Shown here: positions 40,046-50,951 of the stretch, piece by piece
How the letters are laid out: each line of letters begins with the position of its first letter
Position numbering within the stretch: position 1 is the first letter of the stretch
Assembly (NCBI GenBank): GCA_049512815.1
Contig: JBEKWS010000020.1
Coordinates: 13,093 to 77,092 of the forward strand
From: Bacteroidales bacterium
GTDB lineage: Bacteria; Bacteroidota; Bacteroidia; Bacteroidales; VadinHA17
DNA: 64,000 nt
Direction of reading: 5' to 3'
Made by a program: the position numbers and the translations under genes
The notes under the pieces: generated by a model
Database searches by the model: none
Seen by the model: only the letters and a program-made list of their open reading frames with translations
Told to the model about the DNA's origin: nothing

Positions 40046-41045
40046 GGTATAATTCCGGGAATTTAAACCAGGTATCCGGAAATTGACTTCCCGTAGTAAA
40101 AATGCAATGGAAAACAGATAGTCGGCTACTAGATTCATTGAAAACATTTCAGAAACCTGGAAATATACTAAAGTATTTCTTCATTGATCCTATATCCGAT
40201 TTAAGTAAATTCTGAAAGTTTTCTTCATCTGTTTTATGACCCAGACATTAACATTTTATGATGTACATCAAATGACCTAGCAGTCTTGATGCGCAGACAA
40301 AATTATGGTTACTCTGTGCAACTTTTGAAGGGTTCATGAGGCTTCTTGGTGTTACTTTTTCTGGCGATCATCAAATTAATACTTTCTGCTTATTTGCAAA
40401 CCAGTTCATAGTAGTAATCAGTATATGCACTATCGCCATATACAATGCTATTTTCAGGCAGATTAAAGAACAAGTTTTTCATTCCATCAATATCATGATA
40501 ACACCCAGGAAGCATCGCAAATTCAACTGGGATTCCATCCACTGTTGTAATTACCTGAACAGTGAACCCATAGAAGTATTTTCTCATAGAAGGTTTATAG
40601 CCCCGGTATTGCTTCCCCTGAATAAGCTTGGAGCGACAGATACGAATGTTTTCACAGGTAGCTACCGGGAAACTGTCAATAATATATTCTGATGATATGT
40701 TTAATCTTTTTATTATGTCAGCAGTATTTAAAAATAGGTCTACAATTAACTCGAAGATTGAGTGTATTCACCTGTTAAAGCGGCTCTTGCTGAGCATTCC
40801 GGGAAGAAGGTTGGTAGACTTAACAAGACTAATTGTATGATCGATATTACCATGAAAATATTTTGCAGCAATCAGAGCCACTGCAATCAACTCGGAATCA
40901 GAAGAATTATGGTTAACAGGTTCTTTATGACCAATTTCTATCATGATATCATCAATAAAGACGTAAATTGCAATAAATTTTTCTATCATATACTTCAGGT
41001 TATATGGTTTGGCGACTTAAACCTGGAGGGTTTTTTAATTATACC
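40046..41045 (-). mobile_element. Decayed IS982-family element (transposase frame with several in-frame stop codons)
   Basis: A single minus-strand frame from the ATG at 40989 reads MIEKFIAIYVFIDD..SDSELIAVALI..LSKSRFNR*IHS..IIDSFPVATCENIRI..RKYFYGFTVQVITTVDGIPVEFAMLPGCYHD..VYGDSAYT..ELVCK*.. and then more stops. This follows the IS982 pattern (F.DD, DSxPV.VCEN, Y(F)YGFK.H, D.GY). The candidate ends share ggtataatt (40046-40054) and aattatacc (41037-41045). Confidence 0.65.
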
Positions 41046-41191
41046 TAATTTATATATGCTTGATTATCAATATATTAACAATATTTATCAACATATTTTA
41101 TTGATTTACAATATTTTAACAATTTTTACTTCAAACTATAACTTGCAACTTAAGTAAATTAATAGATTTAATCCAACCTAATTTGAACTCA

Positions 41192-43876
41192 ATGAAAAAA
41201 TCCAATTATCTGATCTTATGCGTATCAGCAGCGCTTATGATTACAGGCTGCACAAAGCAGAAGCCATCAGTCGTCACTATCGATGTGGCGAAGAATGGCA
41301 TTGAAGTGCCTAAAGGTCTATGGGGCATTTTTTATGAAGAAATCAACCGTGCCGGGGACGGAGGATTATGGCCCGAAATGATTTACAATATGGGTTTTGA
41401 GGAGAAGAACATTCCGCCTACATCTTATATCGAAAACGGAGAAGTTGTTGCTCCCAAAAAACCCAGTTATTTATTCGGGAGGATCAGCAATTTCATATTC
41501 TACGGTTTCAGCCCTACCAACGTTACTGAAGGATGGACCCTGGAAAACAAGGGCAACTCTAAATCCGGAATGGAAGTTGTTTCTGACAATCCTCTTAACA
41601 AAGCAAATCCTCATTCACTGTTCCTGAAAATTGACGCAAATGATGGTAGCGTAAACCTTATCAATGAAGGTTTCAAGGGGATCTCGCTGGTCAAAGGTGA
41701 AAAATATGATTTCCAGTTCTACCTGAGAGCTGACAAATCGTACAAAGGAAAAGTTGTGGCATCACTGGTGGGCAATACAGGTAGTGCTGTGTACTCCCAG
41801 GAGTATGATGTGAATAATTCCGGTACCTGGACAAATTACAAATCAGTGATTACATCAAATGTTACTGACAATGCTGTAAAACTTGTACTTCAATTCAAAT
41901 CAACCGGTAAAGTTTGGATCGACTATGTGTCGCTGCTGCCTGAAACTACTTTCAAAGGGCATGGTCTGCGCCAGGATATTGCCCAGACACTGGCAGACCT
42001 CAAACCTTCCTTTATCCGCTGGCCAGGTGGTTGCGTAGTTGAAGGATTCACTATGGAAAACAGGGTGAATTGGAAAGAATCTATCGGTGATCGAATGTCA
42101 CGTCCCGGACAGTTCGACCTATGGGGTTATCATAATACCTACAATTTCGGTTATCATGATTACTTACAGTTCTGCGAAGATATTGGTGCTGCCGGCATGT
42201 TTGTAGTAAATGCAGGTCTTTCATGCTCAGTACGTAATGGTGATTACTACGAAATGGACCAGATGAAGGGAATAGTTCAGGATATACTTGATGCTATTGA
42301 ATACGCTATCGGCGATGTTAATACCAAATGGGGTGCAGAACGTGCAAAAAATGGACATCCGGCTCCTTTCCCGCTGAAATATATTGAGATCGGAAATGAG
42401 AATTTTGGTCCGAAATATGGGGAACGGTATAATATGATATATGCTGCATGTAAAGCAAAATTTCCACAGATTACATATATTAATAATAATGGCCTTTCCA
42501 ATAATCTTCCTGAGTATTTTGATGCTGATAAGATTGAAATGATTGACCCGCATTATTATGTAGCTCCTGAGACATTCTTCAACACAGTTCATCTTTACGA
42601 TACGGTGCCTCGTAGTAATTATAAAGTCTATATCGGGGAATATGCAGTGAACAGCAATGTTGGATCCGGGACGCTGGAAGGTGCTCTGGCTGAATCCGCA
42701 TTCATGTTTGGCATTGAGCATAACTCGGATCTTGTTAAGATAGCATCGTATGCTCCTCTGCTTGAAAATGTGAACTGGAGACACTGGCCGACAAACCTGA
42801 TAAGGTTTAAGAATGATTCAGTTTTTGGCCGTTCATCATATTATGTACAGAAAATGTTCAATGAAAACAGACCTGATGTTACTCTTCAGTCAGCTCTTGA
42901 CTTGAGTACCACTGTTGAAACCATTTCCGGCAAGGTAGGATTTACAGCAAATTCGATGGGTAGTAATTCCAATATCAGTGTTAAAGATTTCACAGTAAGC
43001 AAAGGCTCATCTGCCAAATATTCATCCCAATTCCCTGCCGATACAGTCAAATGGGAAAAAACAGGATCATGGAAAATTATTGAAAATGCTTATTCCACAG
43101 GCATTCCGGTTGATGTAGTACGCACAGGAGGTCTTTATATCCCTGGTAATATACGAGGAAGCGAAAATCAGAGTCGTTTCAAAATGGGAGGTGGTACACT
43201 AACCCTTGAAGATATGGTCTTTGACGATTGCACAATTTCTGCCAATCTCAAAAGGGACAGCTCATTCAATGGATTCAGTATAAGATTTGGAATAGCAGAC
43301 GATAAAAACTATTTTACACTCTCGATCAATAATCCAAGGATGAGGCGGCCTGGTATGCCTCCCGGACTTTTCGGCAACCAGGATATGAATCAGCCGGTTA
43401 AATATACAGCAAGCGTTGAGCATGTTGTAAACGGTACTACCTTACGTCTGGGTAACATTGGAAGCTCATTCGACTTAAATATCGGTACATGGCATAGCAT
43501 TATGGTTTCTGTCAGCGGAAAAATGATCAGCTGCACAATTGATGGAGTAAATTTTGGAGAATTAGAATACAAGGGCTTGCAGAAGCAATATGCTGTTGCC
43601 GGTTATGATAATGCTAACCGAGAAGTAATTGTTAAGGTTGTAAACGGCGAGAATACTCCGTTCAGCACAGAGATCAATCTTACAAATGTTGCAAAGGTTG
43701 AACCTGTTGGACAGATAATTACACTGACGTCTGCCTCCAATAAGGATGATAACAGCTTTGCTGAACCTAAAAAAGTGGCTCCCGTTACAAGTGAATTCAA
43801 TGGCTTCAGCAATTCATTCAAAATGGAATTCAGGCCAAGCTCATTTACTATTCTGAGAATTAAAGCATCCAAATAA
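41192..43876 (+). CDS. Large GH51 alpha-L-arabinofuranosidase lipoprotein with N-terminal CBM-like and extra C-terminal domains
   Basis: Lipobox ..LMITGC, then ..IRWPGGCVVEGF.., the acid/base region YIEIGNENFG and the nucleophile region YIGEYAV. The start was taken as the ATG at 41192, because the ORF track begins at a TTG at 41183. Confidence 0.85.
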   Translation: MKKSNYLILCVSAALMITGCTKQKPSVVTIDVAKNGIEVPKGLWGIFYEEINRAGDGGLWPEMIYNMGFEEKNIPPTSYIENGEVVAPKKPSYLFGRISNFIFYGFSPTNVTEGWTLENKGNSKSGMEVVSDNPLNKANPHSLFLKIDANDGSVNLINEGFKGISLVKGEKYDFQFYLRADKSYKGKVVASLVGNTGSAVYSQEYDVNNSGTWTNYKSVITSNVTDNAVKLVLQFKSTGKVWIDYVSLLPETTFKGHGLRQDIAQTLADLKPSFIRWPGGCVVEGFTMENRVNWKESIGDRMSRPGQFDLWGYHNTYNFGYHDYLQFCEDIGAAGMFVVNAGLSCSVRNGDYYEMDQMKGIVQDILDAIEYAIGDVNTKWGAERAKNGHPAPFPLKYIEIGNENFGPKYGERYNMIYAACKAKFPQITYINNNGLSNNLPEYFDADKIEMIDPHYYVAPETFFNTVHLYDTVPRSNYKVYIGEYAVNSNVGSGTLEGALAESAFMFGIEHNSDLVKIASYAPLLENVNWRHWPTNLIRFKNDSVFGRSSYYVQKMFNENRPDVTLQSALDLSTTVETISGKVGFTANSMGSNSNISVKDFTVSKGSSAKYSSQFPADTVKWEKTGSWKIIENAYSTGIPVDVVRTGGLYIPGNIRGSENQSRFKMGGGTLTLEDMVFDDCTISANLKRDSSFNGFSIRFGIADDKNYFTLSINNPRMRRPGMPPGLFGNQDMNQPVKYTASVEHVVNGTTLRLGNIGSSFDLNIGTWHSIMVSVSGKMISCTIDGVNFGELEYKGLQKQYAVAGYDNANREVIVKVVNGENTPFSTEINLTNVAKVEPVGQIITLTSASNKDDNSFAEPKKVAPVTSEFNGFSNSFKMEFRPSSFTILRIKASK

Positions 43877-43900
43877 GGACTGGGAATTGTCATAATTAAG

Positions 43901-43944
43901 GGCAATCTCAAATGTAAACATTTACATTTTGAGATTGCCTTTTT
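43901..43944 (+). terminator. Intrinsic terminator
   Basis: A long near-perfect hairpin ggcaatctcaaatgtaaa / tttacattttgagattgcc followed by TTTTT. Confidence 0.85.
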
Positions 43945-44023
43945 AATTTAACGAAGATTACACTGAAATTCTACTTGTCTGACAAATACATACCTACTGT
44001 ATTATTCCTTCAATACCCGGTGC

Positions 44024-45547
44024 TCAGTTACGCATAGAATTACTGTCTTTAATATCAACAAGTACTTTGTTGTTTTCAGCAAAAGCGAAAATAATACTTT
44101 CAGTATGCATACAATTAATAAAACGCAATGTAAGTTCGAGCGACTTATCATCTTTCCAGGTATAGGCACCGGCAATTTTAAAGGGCGGTAAACCTGTCAG
44201 ATTTCCTTTTGAACGGGTAAAAAGGTTTGGTCCATGCATGGTAGTTTCCCCAAGTTGCCAGCTACCGGAAGCAAATGACATATCATAAGATGCTGTATCG
44301 GTTTTTATATTGAGCATACACATCTCATCCTTGAATTGAATGGACATACTCTTAATTTGTTTCTGATTCTCCGCAAGGCTGATAGTTTTACCTGAGATTT
44401 GTGAACTCATTGCTTCATTACTGACCTTTGGAGGTATGGGAAGTGCAAGAGAGGCTAATCTTTGCTTCATTTCTGCAACAGACTTTTCATCTTCCGGCAG
44501 GTTTCCATCCTTTATTCCCCGATATAAATACTTCCATATCATATCAAGTTCACCCCACATATCAGAAGATTCTGCAGTAAATACAACCAACGCATCTTTT
44601 TCCGGCATAATCAGTATAAACTGGCCATATGCTCCATTGGCCATGTAGGAATTATGCCGGGCACGCCAGAATTGGTAACAATATCCCTGCACAGAATCAT
44701 TTGAGGAATCTCTTTTTGCCTCAGAGAGGTTGGGATTCTGGTATATCTTAAGAGAGGTAGCTTCTTCGACCCATTTTTCTGGCAGGATTTCCTTCCCGTT
44801 CCATTTGCCTTTCTGAAGATACAATTGTCCGAATTTTGCCAGATCTTCAGTCTTTAGTCGCAGGCCCCATCCTCCTGTATTAATGTCTTCCGGATTTGTT
44901 TCCCAGTCAGCTCCTTCAATTCCAAGTGGTTCGAATAACCTTGGGGTAAGGTAGTCAATTACTTTTTCACCGGTAACTTTCTGAACTATTGCAGATAACA
45001 TAAAAGAAGCCATCGAATTATACTGATATTTTGTTCCCGGTTCATTAACAACCGGCGTCTCCAAAAATGTTTTAACCCAACCAGTAGTCATAGAAGATGA
45101 CTCACGTCTTTGTCCTATTGACATGGTTAGCAGATGCTTTATTTTAAGTTCCGCCAGAAAGGGACTTACTGTATCAGGCAGGCATTCAGGGAAGAATGAA
45201 ATAACCTTATCTTCAATACTGAGTTTTTTTTCTTTTACAGCCAGAGCGACTGCTGTAGATGTAAAGCTTTTACTGGCTGAATATAGTGTGTGTTTTAGAT
45301 CTGGACCAAACGGATTCCACCAACCCTCGGCAATAACTTTGCCATGCCTGAGAAACATAAAACTATGGAACTCATGCTTGCCGGCAGCCGCGGAATCAAG
45401 GAAAGCAATAATATTCCGTGAAGATACATCTTCAGTTTCCGGGACACTCCTGGGAAGCGAAGTGCTTACCTGTTTTTTTGTGAATGAAATGAGAGTAAGA
45501 CAGAGAATAATTACTGCAAAGGATGATCTGTTTAAATTTTTTTTCAT
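44024..45547 (-). CDS. Beta-lactamase-fold serine hydrolase (class C / esterase EstB-like), secreted
   Basis: A 507-aa protein with a signal peptide, an S-x-x-K motif in YSASKSFTS and a Y-x-N-like YQYNSM. Confidence 0.75.
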   Translation of the reverse strand: MKKNLNRSSFAVIILCLTLISFTKKQVSTSLPRSVPETEDVSSRNIIAFLDSAAAGKHEFHSFMFLRHGKVIAEGWWNPFGPDLKHTLYSASKSFTSTAVALAVKEKKLSIEDKVISFFPECLPDTVSPFLAELKIKHLLTMSIGQRRESSSMTTGWVKTFLETPVVNEPGTKYQYNSMASFMLSAIVQKVTGEKVIDYLTPRLFEPLGIEGADWETNPEDINTGGWGLRLKTEDLAKFGQLYLQKGKWNGKEILPEKWVEEATSLKIYQNPNLSEAKRDSSNDSVQGYCYQFWRARHNSYMANGAYGQFILIMPEKDALVVFTAESSDMWGELDMIWKYLYRGIKDGNLPEDEKSVAEMKQRLASLALPIPPKVSNEAMSSQISGKTISLAENQKQIKSMSIQFKDEMCMLNIKTDTASYDMSFASGSWQLGETTMHGPNLFTRSKGNLTGLPPFKIAGAYTWKDDKSLELTLRFINCMHTESIIFAFAENNKVLVDIKDSNSMRN

Positions 45548-46020
45548 TGGGTTAGGTTTAATGAGTTATCGAAAACAGAGATAATATTACATAAAAATAT
45601 AATTTATTGCTAATGTAATAGGAGTTAAATGAAATATTGCGATTTAGGGCTTAGACAAGTTCCTTATTGGTCAATTATTATTCCAAAGTATTCTTCAACA
45701 AGTTCATAATCTCCGGAGAAAATTATTAAATTCGGGCCTCATTAGTTATTTATAAAGTATGGACTTTACAATTCCATTTAGCGTATTTAGTGATTTACAT
45801 CTTGTTTCATGTCCTGTTCATCAGCCTTACCGTTTCGGGTTAATGGAATTTACAAATGATTGATTTCATAAGGATTCCTGATTATAATTTTTCTTGTATC
45901 GAATTCCGATCAATTACCTTAACCAAGAAAAGTTAATTAAACATAAAAAAAAAATTAAGCGATTAGTTTTATTAATAAATTTTTAATCTTGCATTATTAA
46001 TCCTTAAAGGATAACATATC

Positions 46021-47793
46021 ATGCAAAAAATGAAATTCGATATTTCCAGGTTAAAAGGGAAATTAGGACAAATGAGAGACTGGTTTTTAAGGCATCGTCT
46101 GCCGTATAAGCTGATATTTTTTATTATGGGCATTGCATCGACGGTGTGGTTTCTGATCAGGGTAATTCCAAAACCATCGAGGGCGACCTATCCATGTATG
46201 AGAGTGGCAGCGCCAATCATGTCGGGATTTGTTACTTATCTTCTGGCAGTTGCCGGACTGACTGCAGTATCAAGGAGGTCGAGGCGGAAAATAATAAATT
46301 TGAGATATGGAGCAACGGTGATGCTTCTGGCGGGAGTTATAGTAGCCATGGCAGTAATCCCGGTCAATAATACTGAGACATTATTTCAGACGACAGAGAC
46401 AAGGACAGGACCGGAGGATGGGCCAAACCAGCCGATCGGTGAAGCAAAGGGTATATTCCCCGGACGAGTGGTGTGGGTATGGAATCCGGATGCAACAAAC
46501 GAAAAGTTTGAACATAATAATTTTGATAATTACGACTTCTTTATAAGCCCTCAGAACAATAATCCGGAGGTCATCGCCAGGATGTTCCGTGACGGAGTTC
46601 TCAAGCTCGCCGGTAAGAAGGACGTAAAAAAAGCCTGGGATGCAATTTTCAAATATTTCAATGAGAAGAAACATAACAAGATGGCTGGCTATACAAAAGG
46701 AGAAAAGATCTTTATAAAGATAAACCAGGGTCAGGCAGGATGGGTTCTTAGCCAGGAAGACAAAAAAAATGGTTACGCTCTTCCAAATACTTTGCCAAAG
46801 GGACAGGAGATGAGGAAAGTAAGTATGGAACCCACAGAAAGTGGTCCTTATTCAGTTCTTGAACTGTTAAGAGAACTGGTTAATGAAGCGGGAGTAGATC
46901 AGGCAGACATATCAGTCGGAGACCCAATGAACCCAATCTATGCTCACAACTATAATGTCTGGTCAAAAGAATTCCCCAATGTCAAATATCTTGATAGATC
47001 CTCAACTAACTTTGGGCGTACTCTTATCAAAATAACAGAAAAACCGCTTGTCTATTATTCGGATAAAAACACTAATGACAAGCTGTATGATGTTATTGAA
47101 AATGCCAATTACGTTATCATGATGGCAGTCCTTAAATCTCATGGAGCAGCTGGCATTTCACTTACAGCTAAACTGAATTTTGGTAACATTGGAAGAAATG
47201 GTGCAGGTCATCTTCATTATTCACACATTGCTAACAGAAGGGAGGGCAAACCCACCAACACAGGTTACCATAAATACAGGGTATTTGTCGATCTTATGGG
47301 AAGCAAATACCTCGGACAGAACACGCTTTTCTGGTTTGTAGAAGGTTTATTCGGAGGTGGAGCAAGTGAAGTAAAGGGGCCAGTAAAATATTTCATGACA
47401 CCATTTAATAACAACTGGTGTAATTCCATGTTTATGTCACTCGACCCTGTTGCTATAGAATCGGTTGGTTATGATTTTCTCAGAACAGAATGGGACGGAG
47501 TCCATAAACATGATGCCGTCAACAACGAATGGGAATCAATGCCAAATGCTTATGGGGTTGATGATTACATGCATCAGGCTGCCGATACTGCCAATTGGCC
47601 AAAAGGCATCAAATATGATCCTGATAACAGCGGCAAGCCAATACCGGTTCTGGGTGTTCATGAACACTGGAATAACCCGGTTGATAAACAGTATTCCCGC
47701 AATCTCGGAACCGGAAATGGTATAGAACTTGTATCTGTACCGGAAGATCTTGTTAAGAGTGTAGAAAAAGGAAATAAAAATGAACTCAAGTAA
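46021..47793 (+). CDS. Membrane-anchored DUF362-domain protein
   Basis: A 590-aa protein with about three N-terminal hydrophobic helices and a PKPSRATYPCMR segment. Its DUF362-like segments (..KIFIKINQGQ.., ..VLKSHGAAGISLTAKLNFGN.., ..SLDPVAIESVGYDFL..) parallel those of the 33644-34831 product. Confidence 0.6.
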   Translation: MQKMKFDISRLKGKLGQMRDWFLRHRLPYKLIFFIMGIASTVWFLIRVIPKPSRATYPCMRVAAPIMSGFVTYLLAVAGLTAVSRRSRRKIINLRYGATVMLLAGVIVAMAVIPVNNTETLFQTTETRTGPEDGPNQPIGEAKGIFPGRVVWVWNPDATNEKFEHNNFDNYDFFISPQNNNPEVIARMFRDGVLKLAGKKDVKKAWDAIFKYFNEKKHNKMAGYTKGEKIFIKINQGQAGWVLSQEDKKNGYALPNTLPKGQEMRKVSMEPTESGPYSVLELLRELVNEAGVDQADISVGDPMNPIYAHNYNVWSKEFPNVKYLDRSSTNFGRTLIKITEKPLVYYSDKNTNDKLYDVIENANYVIMMAVLKSHGAAGISLTAKLNFGNIGRNGAGHLHYSHIANRREGKPTNTGYHKYRVFVDLMGSKYLGQNTLFWFVEGLFGGGASEVKGPVKYFMTPFNNNWCNSMFMSLDPVAIESVGYDFLRTEWDGVHKHDAVNNEWESMPNAYGVDDYMHQAADTANWPKGIKYDPDNSGKPIPVLGVHEHWNNPVDKQYSRNLGTGNGIELVSVPEDLVKSVEKGNKNELK

Positions 47794-48865
47794 CACATTG
47801 ATTAAGGTTCTTAAAGGCAGGATGACTGCCAGAATAAATGCTTTACTGATTGCTTCTTTCATGGCAGGGCTGTTCACACCTTTCATTAACGCCCAGACCT
47901 CCGGAACAGTTCAGTCATTTGGAGAAGGGATCTCTGCTAAAAAGTTCTATTCATCAACCATTGACGAAGATAATACAATATGGTTTCTTACCGAATCCGG
48001 AATTGTCAGTTTCGATGGTGCGAAATGGGCACTGCATAACAAGAACCGTAAGGTAGCTGCCACCGGTCTGAAGAGTGTGGTATATGGTTTTTCTTCTTAT
48101 GGACCAGAACTTTGGATAGCTACTCCACAGGGCGCAACTGTTGCATCTCTTCCGGTCGATGCAAGGTCGGGTGCCACCACATATTATGCTGATAACTCCA
48201 AAATTATAAGCGAAAATGTACTTGCGGTAGCAATTGGAAAAAAGGAGCTTAGATGGTTTGGAACCGATAAGGGAATATTTGCATTTAAAAGTAGGAAATG
48301 GCTTACCAACAGTTATAACAGGACTTACCCTGAAGGTACTTTCCAGGATTATCCTATCACATCGATGGCAACCAGTATCGATGGCGATTCACTTTATATC
48401 GGTACACTTGGAGGAGGAGTTCTCAGGGTATACAGGAATGATGTTGATGGTGTTTCCGGAGCTTCGGAATATGCGGCCTGGGGACCCATCCTTATACCTT
48501 CTGATACTGTTTACAGTGTTCACATCTCTGCCGACGGTACTCAGTGGATTGGCACCAAAAGAGGAGTAGCCAGGCATACAGGCTATAAAACCCTTGAAGG
48601 CTGGACTGTCTTTACCACAGCCGAGGGACTGGCAGATAATATTGTTCAGGCTATCAATTCAGATTCCAAAGGGAGAATATACTTTGGAACAAAGAACGGG
48701 TTATCTGTATTTGACGGGACCAAATGGACCCCTTATAAGATAGAGGATGGGCTTGCAAGCAATAACATTCTTACAATAGCTGTCGATAAAAAAGATGGTG
48801 TCTGGCTTGGGACCGATAATGGAGTAAGCAGTCTCAAAAACGGGAAAATTACCAGTTACCGGTAG
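47780..48865 (+). CDS. Secreted stand-alone beta-propeller protein made of two-component-regulator propeller (Reg_prop) type repeats
   Basis: A 361-aa protein with a signal peptide. It has repeated ..W(F/I)GT..G(V/I)..(F/Y).. blades: WFLTESGIVSFDGAKW, WFGTDKGIFAFKSRKW, WIGTKRGVARH, IYFGTKNGLSVFDGTKW, VWLGTDNGVSSL. Its start overlaps the upstream gene by 14 nt. Confidence 0.75.
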   Translation: MNSSNTLIKVLKGRMTARINALLIASFMAGLFTPFINAQTSGTVQSFGEGISAKKFYSSTIDEDNTIWFLTESGIVSFDGAKWALHNKNRKVAATGLKSVVYGFSSYGPELWIATPQGATVASLPVDARSGATTYYADNSKIISENVLAVAIGKKELRWFGTDKGIFAFKSRKWLTNSYNRTYPEGTFQDYPITSMATSIDGDSLYIGTLGGGVLRVYRNDVDGVSGASEYAAWGPILIPSDTVYSVHISADGTQWIGTKRGVARHTGYKTLEGWTVFTTAEGLADNIVQAINSDSKGRIYFGTKNGLSVFDGTKWTPYKIEDGLASNNILTIAVDKKDGVWLGTDNGVSSLKNGKITSYR

Positions 48866-48903
48866 ATTATTTTACCTGTGACATCATCAATATCCGCTCA
48901 CAT

Positions 48904-50823
48904 CTACTTCAGATTCCAATAAATAACATAACGTTGTTTATCAATCTGGTAATAAGGGATCATGGTGATTTCTTTTGATGCTACACCAGTGGTTTTAAAT
49001 ACCAATTGTTTACCATTTACAGGAATCAGCCAATCATTTAATTTTCTGCCATTAATATTTAATGTGGTTACAATATTATCGGGAACAGCAGTGTTTCTGA
49101 AATCAAGCTGGTCTTTTCCATATGGAGCAGGGGCTTCAATCCCCTCTGTCCCCATATCACCGGCAAGAACTATCGGACCATAAACTACCGCTGCCATATT
49201 GGGATTGTCGTTTGTTGCTACGAGGCGCAATGACATCGGATAAGTAATATCTATTTTATCTCCAGTTTTCCAGGTTTTGTTCAATACAATGTAACTGCCT
49301 GGTTTCTGGCTGATTTTAACGTTTCTACCGTTTATTTTAACAGCAGCGCCCGATGTAGCCCATGACGGATAACGAATATTTAAAGGCACATTTACATCTT
49401 TTATTTCTTGTATTGTAAGGTGCGTGGTAGCTTCTTCAGGATAACCGGTTTGTTGTTTCAATTTAATGCCCTTTTCTTTCCAGGTCAACTCTGAAGGTAT
49501 AAAAAGATTTACATAAATGCTCTTGTCATCATGATAGTATATGCCTTCACCATATTTTGCATGGTTTTCAAATCCGGTACCTACGCAACACCAAAACGAG
49601 TTTTCTTTAGTACAATACGTTTTAAACGTGCCAGGTGCATAGGACAAAAAATACATTACCATGCCGGTTTCCGGATCTTGTGAGGCCAGTATATGATTGT
49701 AAAGAGCTTGTTCATAGTAATCTGCATATTTTGCGTTTGCTGTCCAGGTAAACAGGTGACGTGTGAGCTTCAGCATGTTGTATGTATTGCATGATTCAGT
49801 AGTTGCATTTGATATGTGCTTTGATATCTGATCAGGTCCAAAGAAAAATTCATGATCACTGTTCCCCCCTGTTACATAGGTATGGTGATCTATCACTGTC
49901 TGCCAGAAAAAATCGGCAATATTTCTTTCTCTTTCATTTCCAGTTACTTCATAACCTCTGGCTTCACCAATAATTTTCGGGATTTGAGTGTTAGCATGGT
50001 TTCCGGCTAATTTGTCTTCCTTCCGGGCCAAAGGGTCCAAAATACTGTGATGAAAGAAGCATTCTGCAAGTTTTTTGTCATTTATATTTCCGGTAATTGC
50101 ATACAAATTGTATGCTGCTTCCATCATACCACCAAACTCTGTTTTGTGCATAATTGCCAACTGTTCAGGAGAGAGGTTTTCTAGTTTGTGGTAAGCCCAG
50201 TCGCTCATTTTTACTACAATATCCAGTGCTTGTTTATTACCTGTATATTGATACATATCGATCAGACCTTCCATCACTTTATGCAAGGTGTACCATGGTG
50301 CCCAAACTGGTTTGCCTTCTATTACACGATTGATTAAATTCTGAGGGAATGCGCTTAAATAACCACCCTGATTTATCACTTCCTGAATCTCAGCCAATGC
50401 ACTTACCAGAGAATCAGCCTTGCTTTTATAAGCAATCTCACCTGTGGAAGCATACATGAGGGACAGGCCTGAAAGCACATGCCCCAAAGAATGACCTCTT
50501 AATTCAACATCCAAACCTTCCCATCCACCAAATGGCCGGGCATTCGTAGACATGCCTGCATCAACCCGCCAATTGTGCAGTAACTTTTTATTACTAATAC
50601 TTAACAACCACTTGCCGTCACGCTCCATATTTTCTTTGAAACGGCTGTCGAGCAGTCTTATATCACTTAAATCAAAGCTGTATGCTTTAACTTGTATTTG
50701 CGGTTTTACAGTTTGAATAGATGAAAACTGACCAACATACTGAGAAAACACTATTGCCGTATTAAGGCAGCATAGGATTAATATGACAGGTAACTTTTTA
50801 ATTAGATTGTTTATCATATCCAT
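48904..50823 (-). CDS. GH127 (DUF1680) beta-L-arabinofuranosidase-family protein, secreted
   Basis: A 639-aa protein with ..GHSLGHVLSGL.. and ..WYTLHKVMEGL... It has an E-x-C motif (TESCNTYNML) and a CC motif (SFWCCVGTGFENHAKY), matching the Zn/Cys catalytic site of GH127. Confidence 0.85.
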   Translation of the reverse strand: MDMINNLIKKLPVILILCCLNTAIVFSQYVGQFSSIQTVKPQIQVKAYSFDLSDIRLLDSRFKENMERDGKWLLSISNKKLLHNWRVDAGMSTNARPFGGWEGLDVELRGHSLGHVLSGLSLMYASTGEIAYKSKADSLVSALAEIQEVINQGGYLSAFPQNLINRVIEGKPVWAPWYTLHKVMEGLIDMYQYTGNKQALDIVVKMSDWAYHKLENLSPEQLAIMHKTEFGGMMEAAYNLYAITGNINDKKLAECFFHHSILDPLARKEDKLAGNHANTQIPKIIGEARGYEVTGNERERNIADFFWQTVIDHHTYVTGGNSDHEFFFGPDQISKHISNATTESCNTYNMLKLTRHLFTWTANAKYADYYEQALYNHILASQDPETGMVMYFLSYAPGTFKTYCTKENSFWCCVGTGFENHAKYGEGIYYHDDKSIYVNLFIPSELTWKEKGIKLKQQTGYPEEATTHLTIQEIKDVNVPLNIRYPSWATSGAAVKINGRNVKISQKPGSYIVLNKTWKTGDKIDITYPMSLRLVATNDNPNMAAVVYGPIVLAGDMGTEGIEAPAPYGKDQLDFRNTAVPDNIVTTLNINGRKLNDWLIPVNGKQLVFKTTGVASKEITMIPYYQIDKQRYVIYWNLK

Positions 50824-50951
50824 ATTATTTTAATTAGAACAATTAGTCGCTCAACTGATAATTCTTTTATACTTCAACTGGACAAATATATATTTATTTA
50901 TCTCACAGTATAATTCAAGTCATGTAATTTTTAAGTTGCTGTCAATAATCC

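Noticed and set aside
45760-45870. A 9-bp inverted repeat aattccatt / aatggaatt spaced ~75 bp apart upstream of the DUF362 gene, considered as a possible invertible promoter.
   Set aside because: The repeats are too short and too AT-rich. No site-specific recombinase gene is nearby, so this is likely chance.
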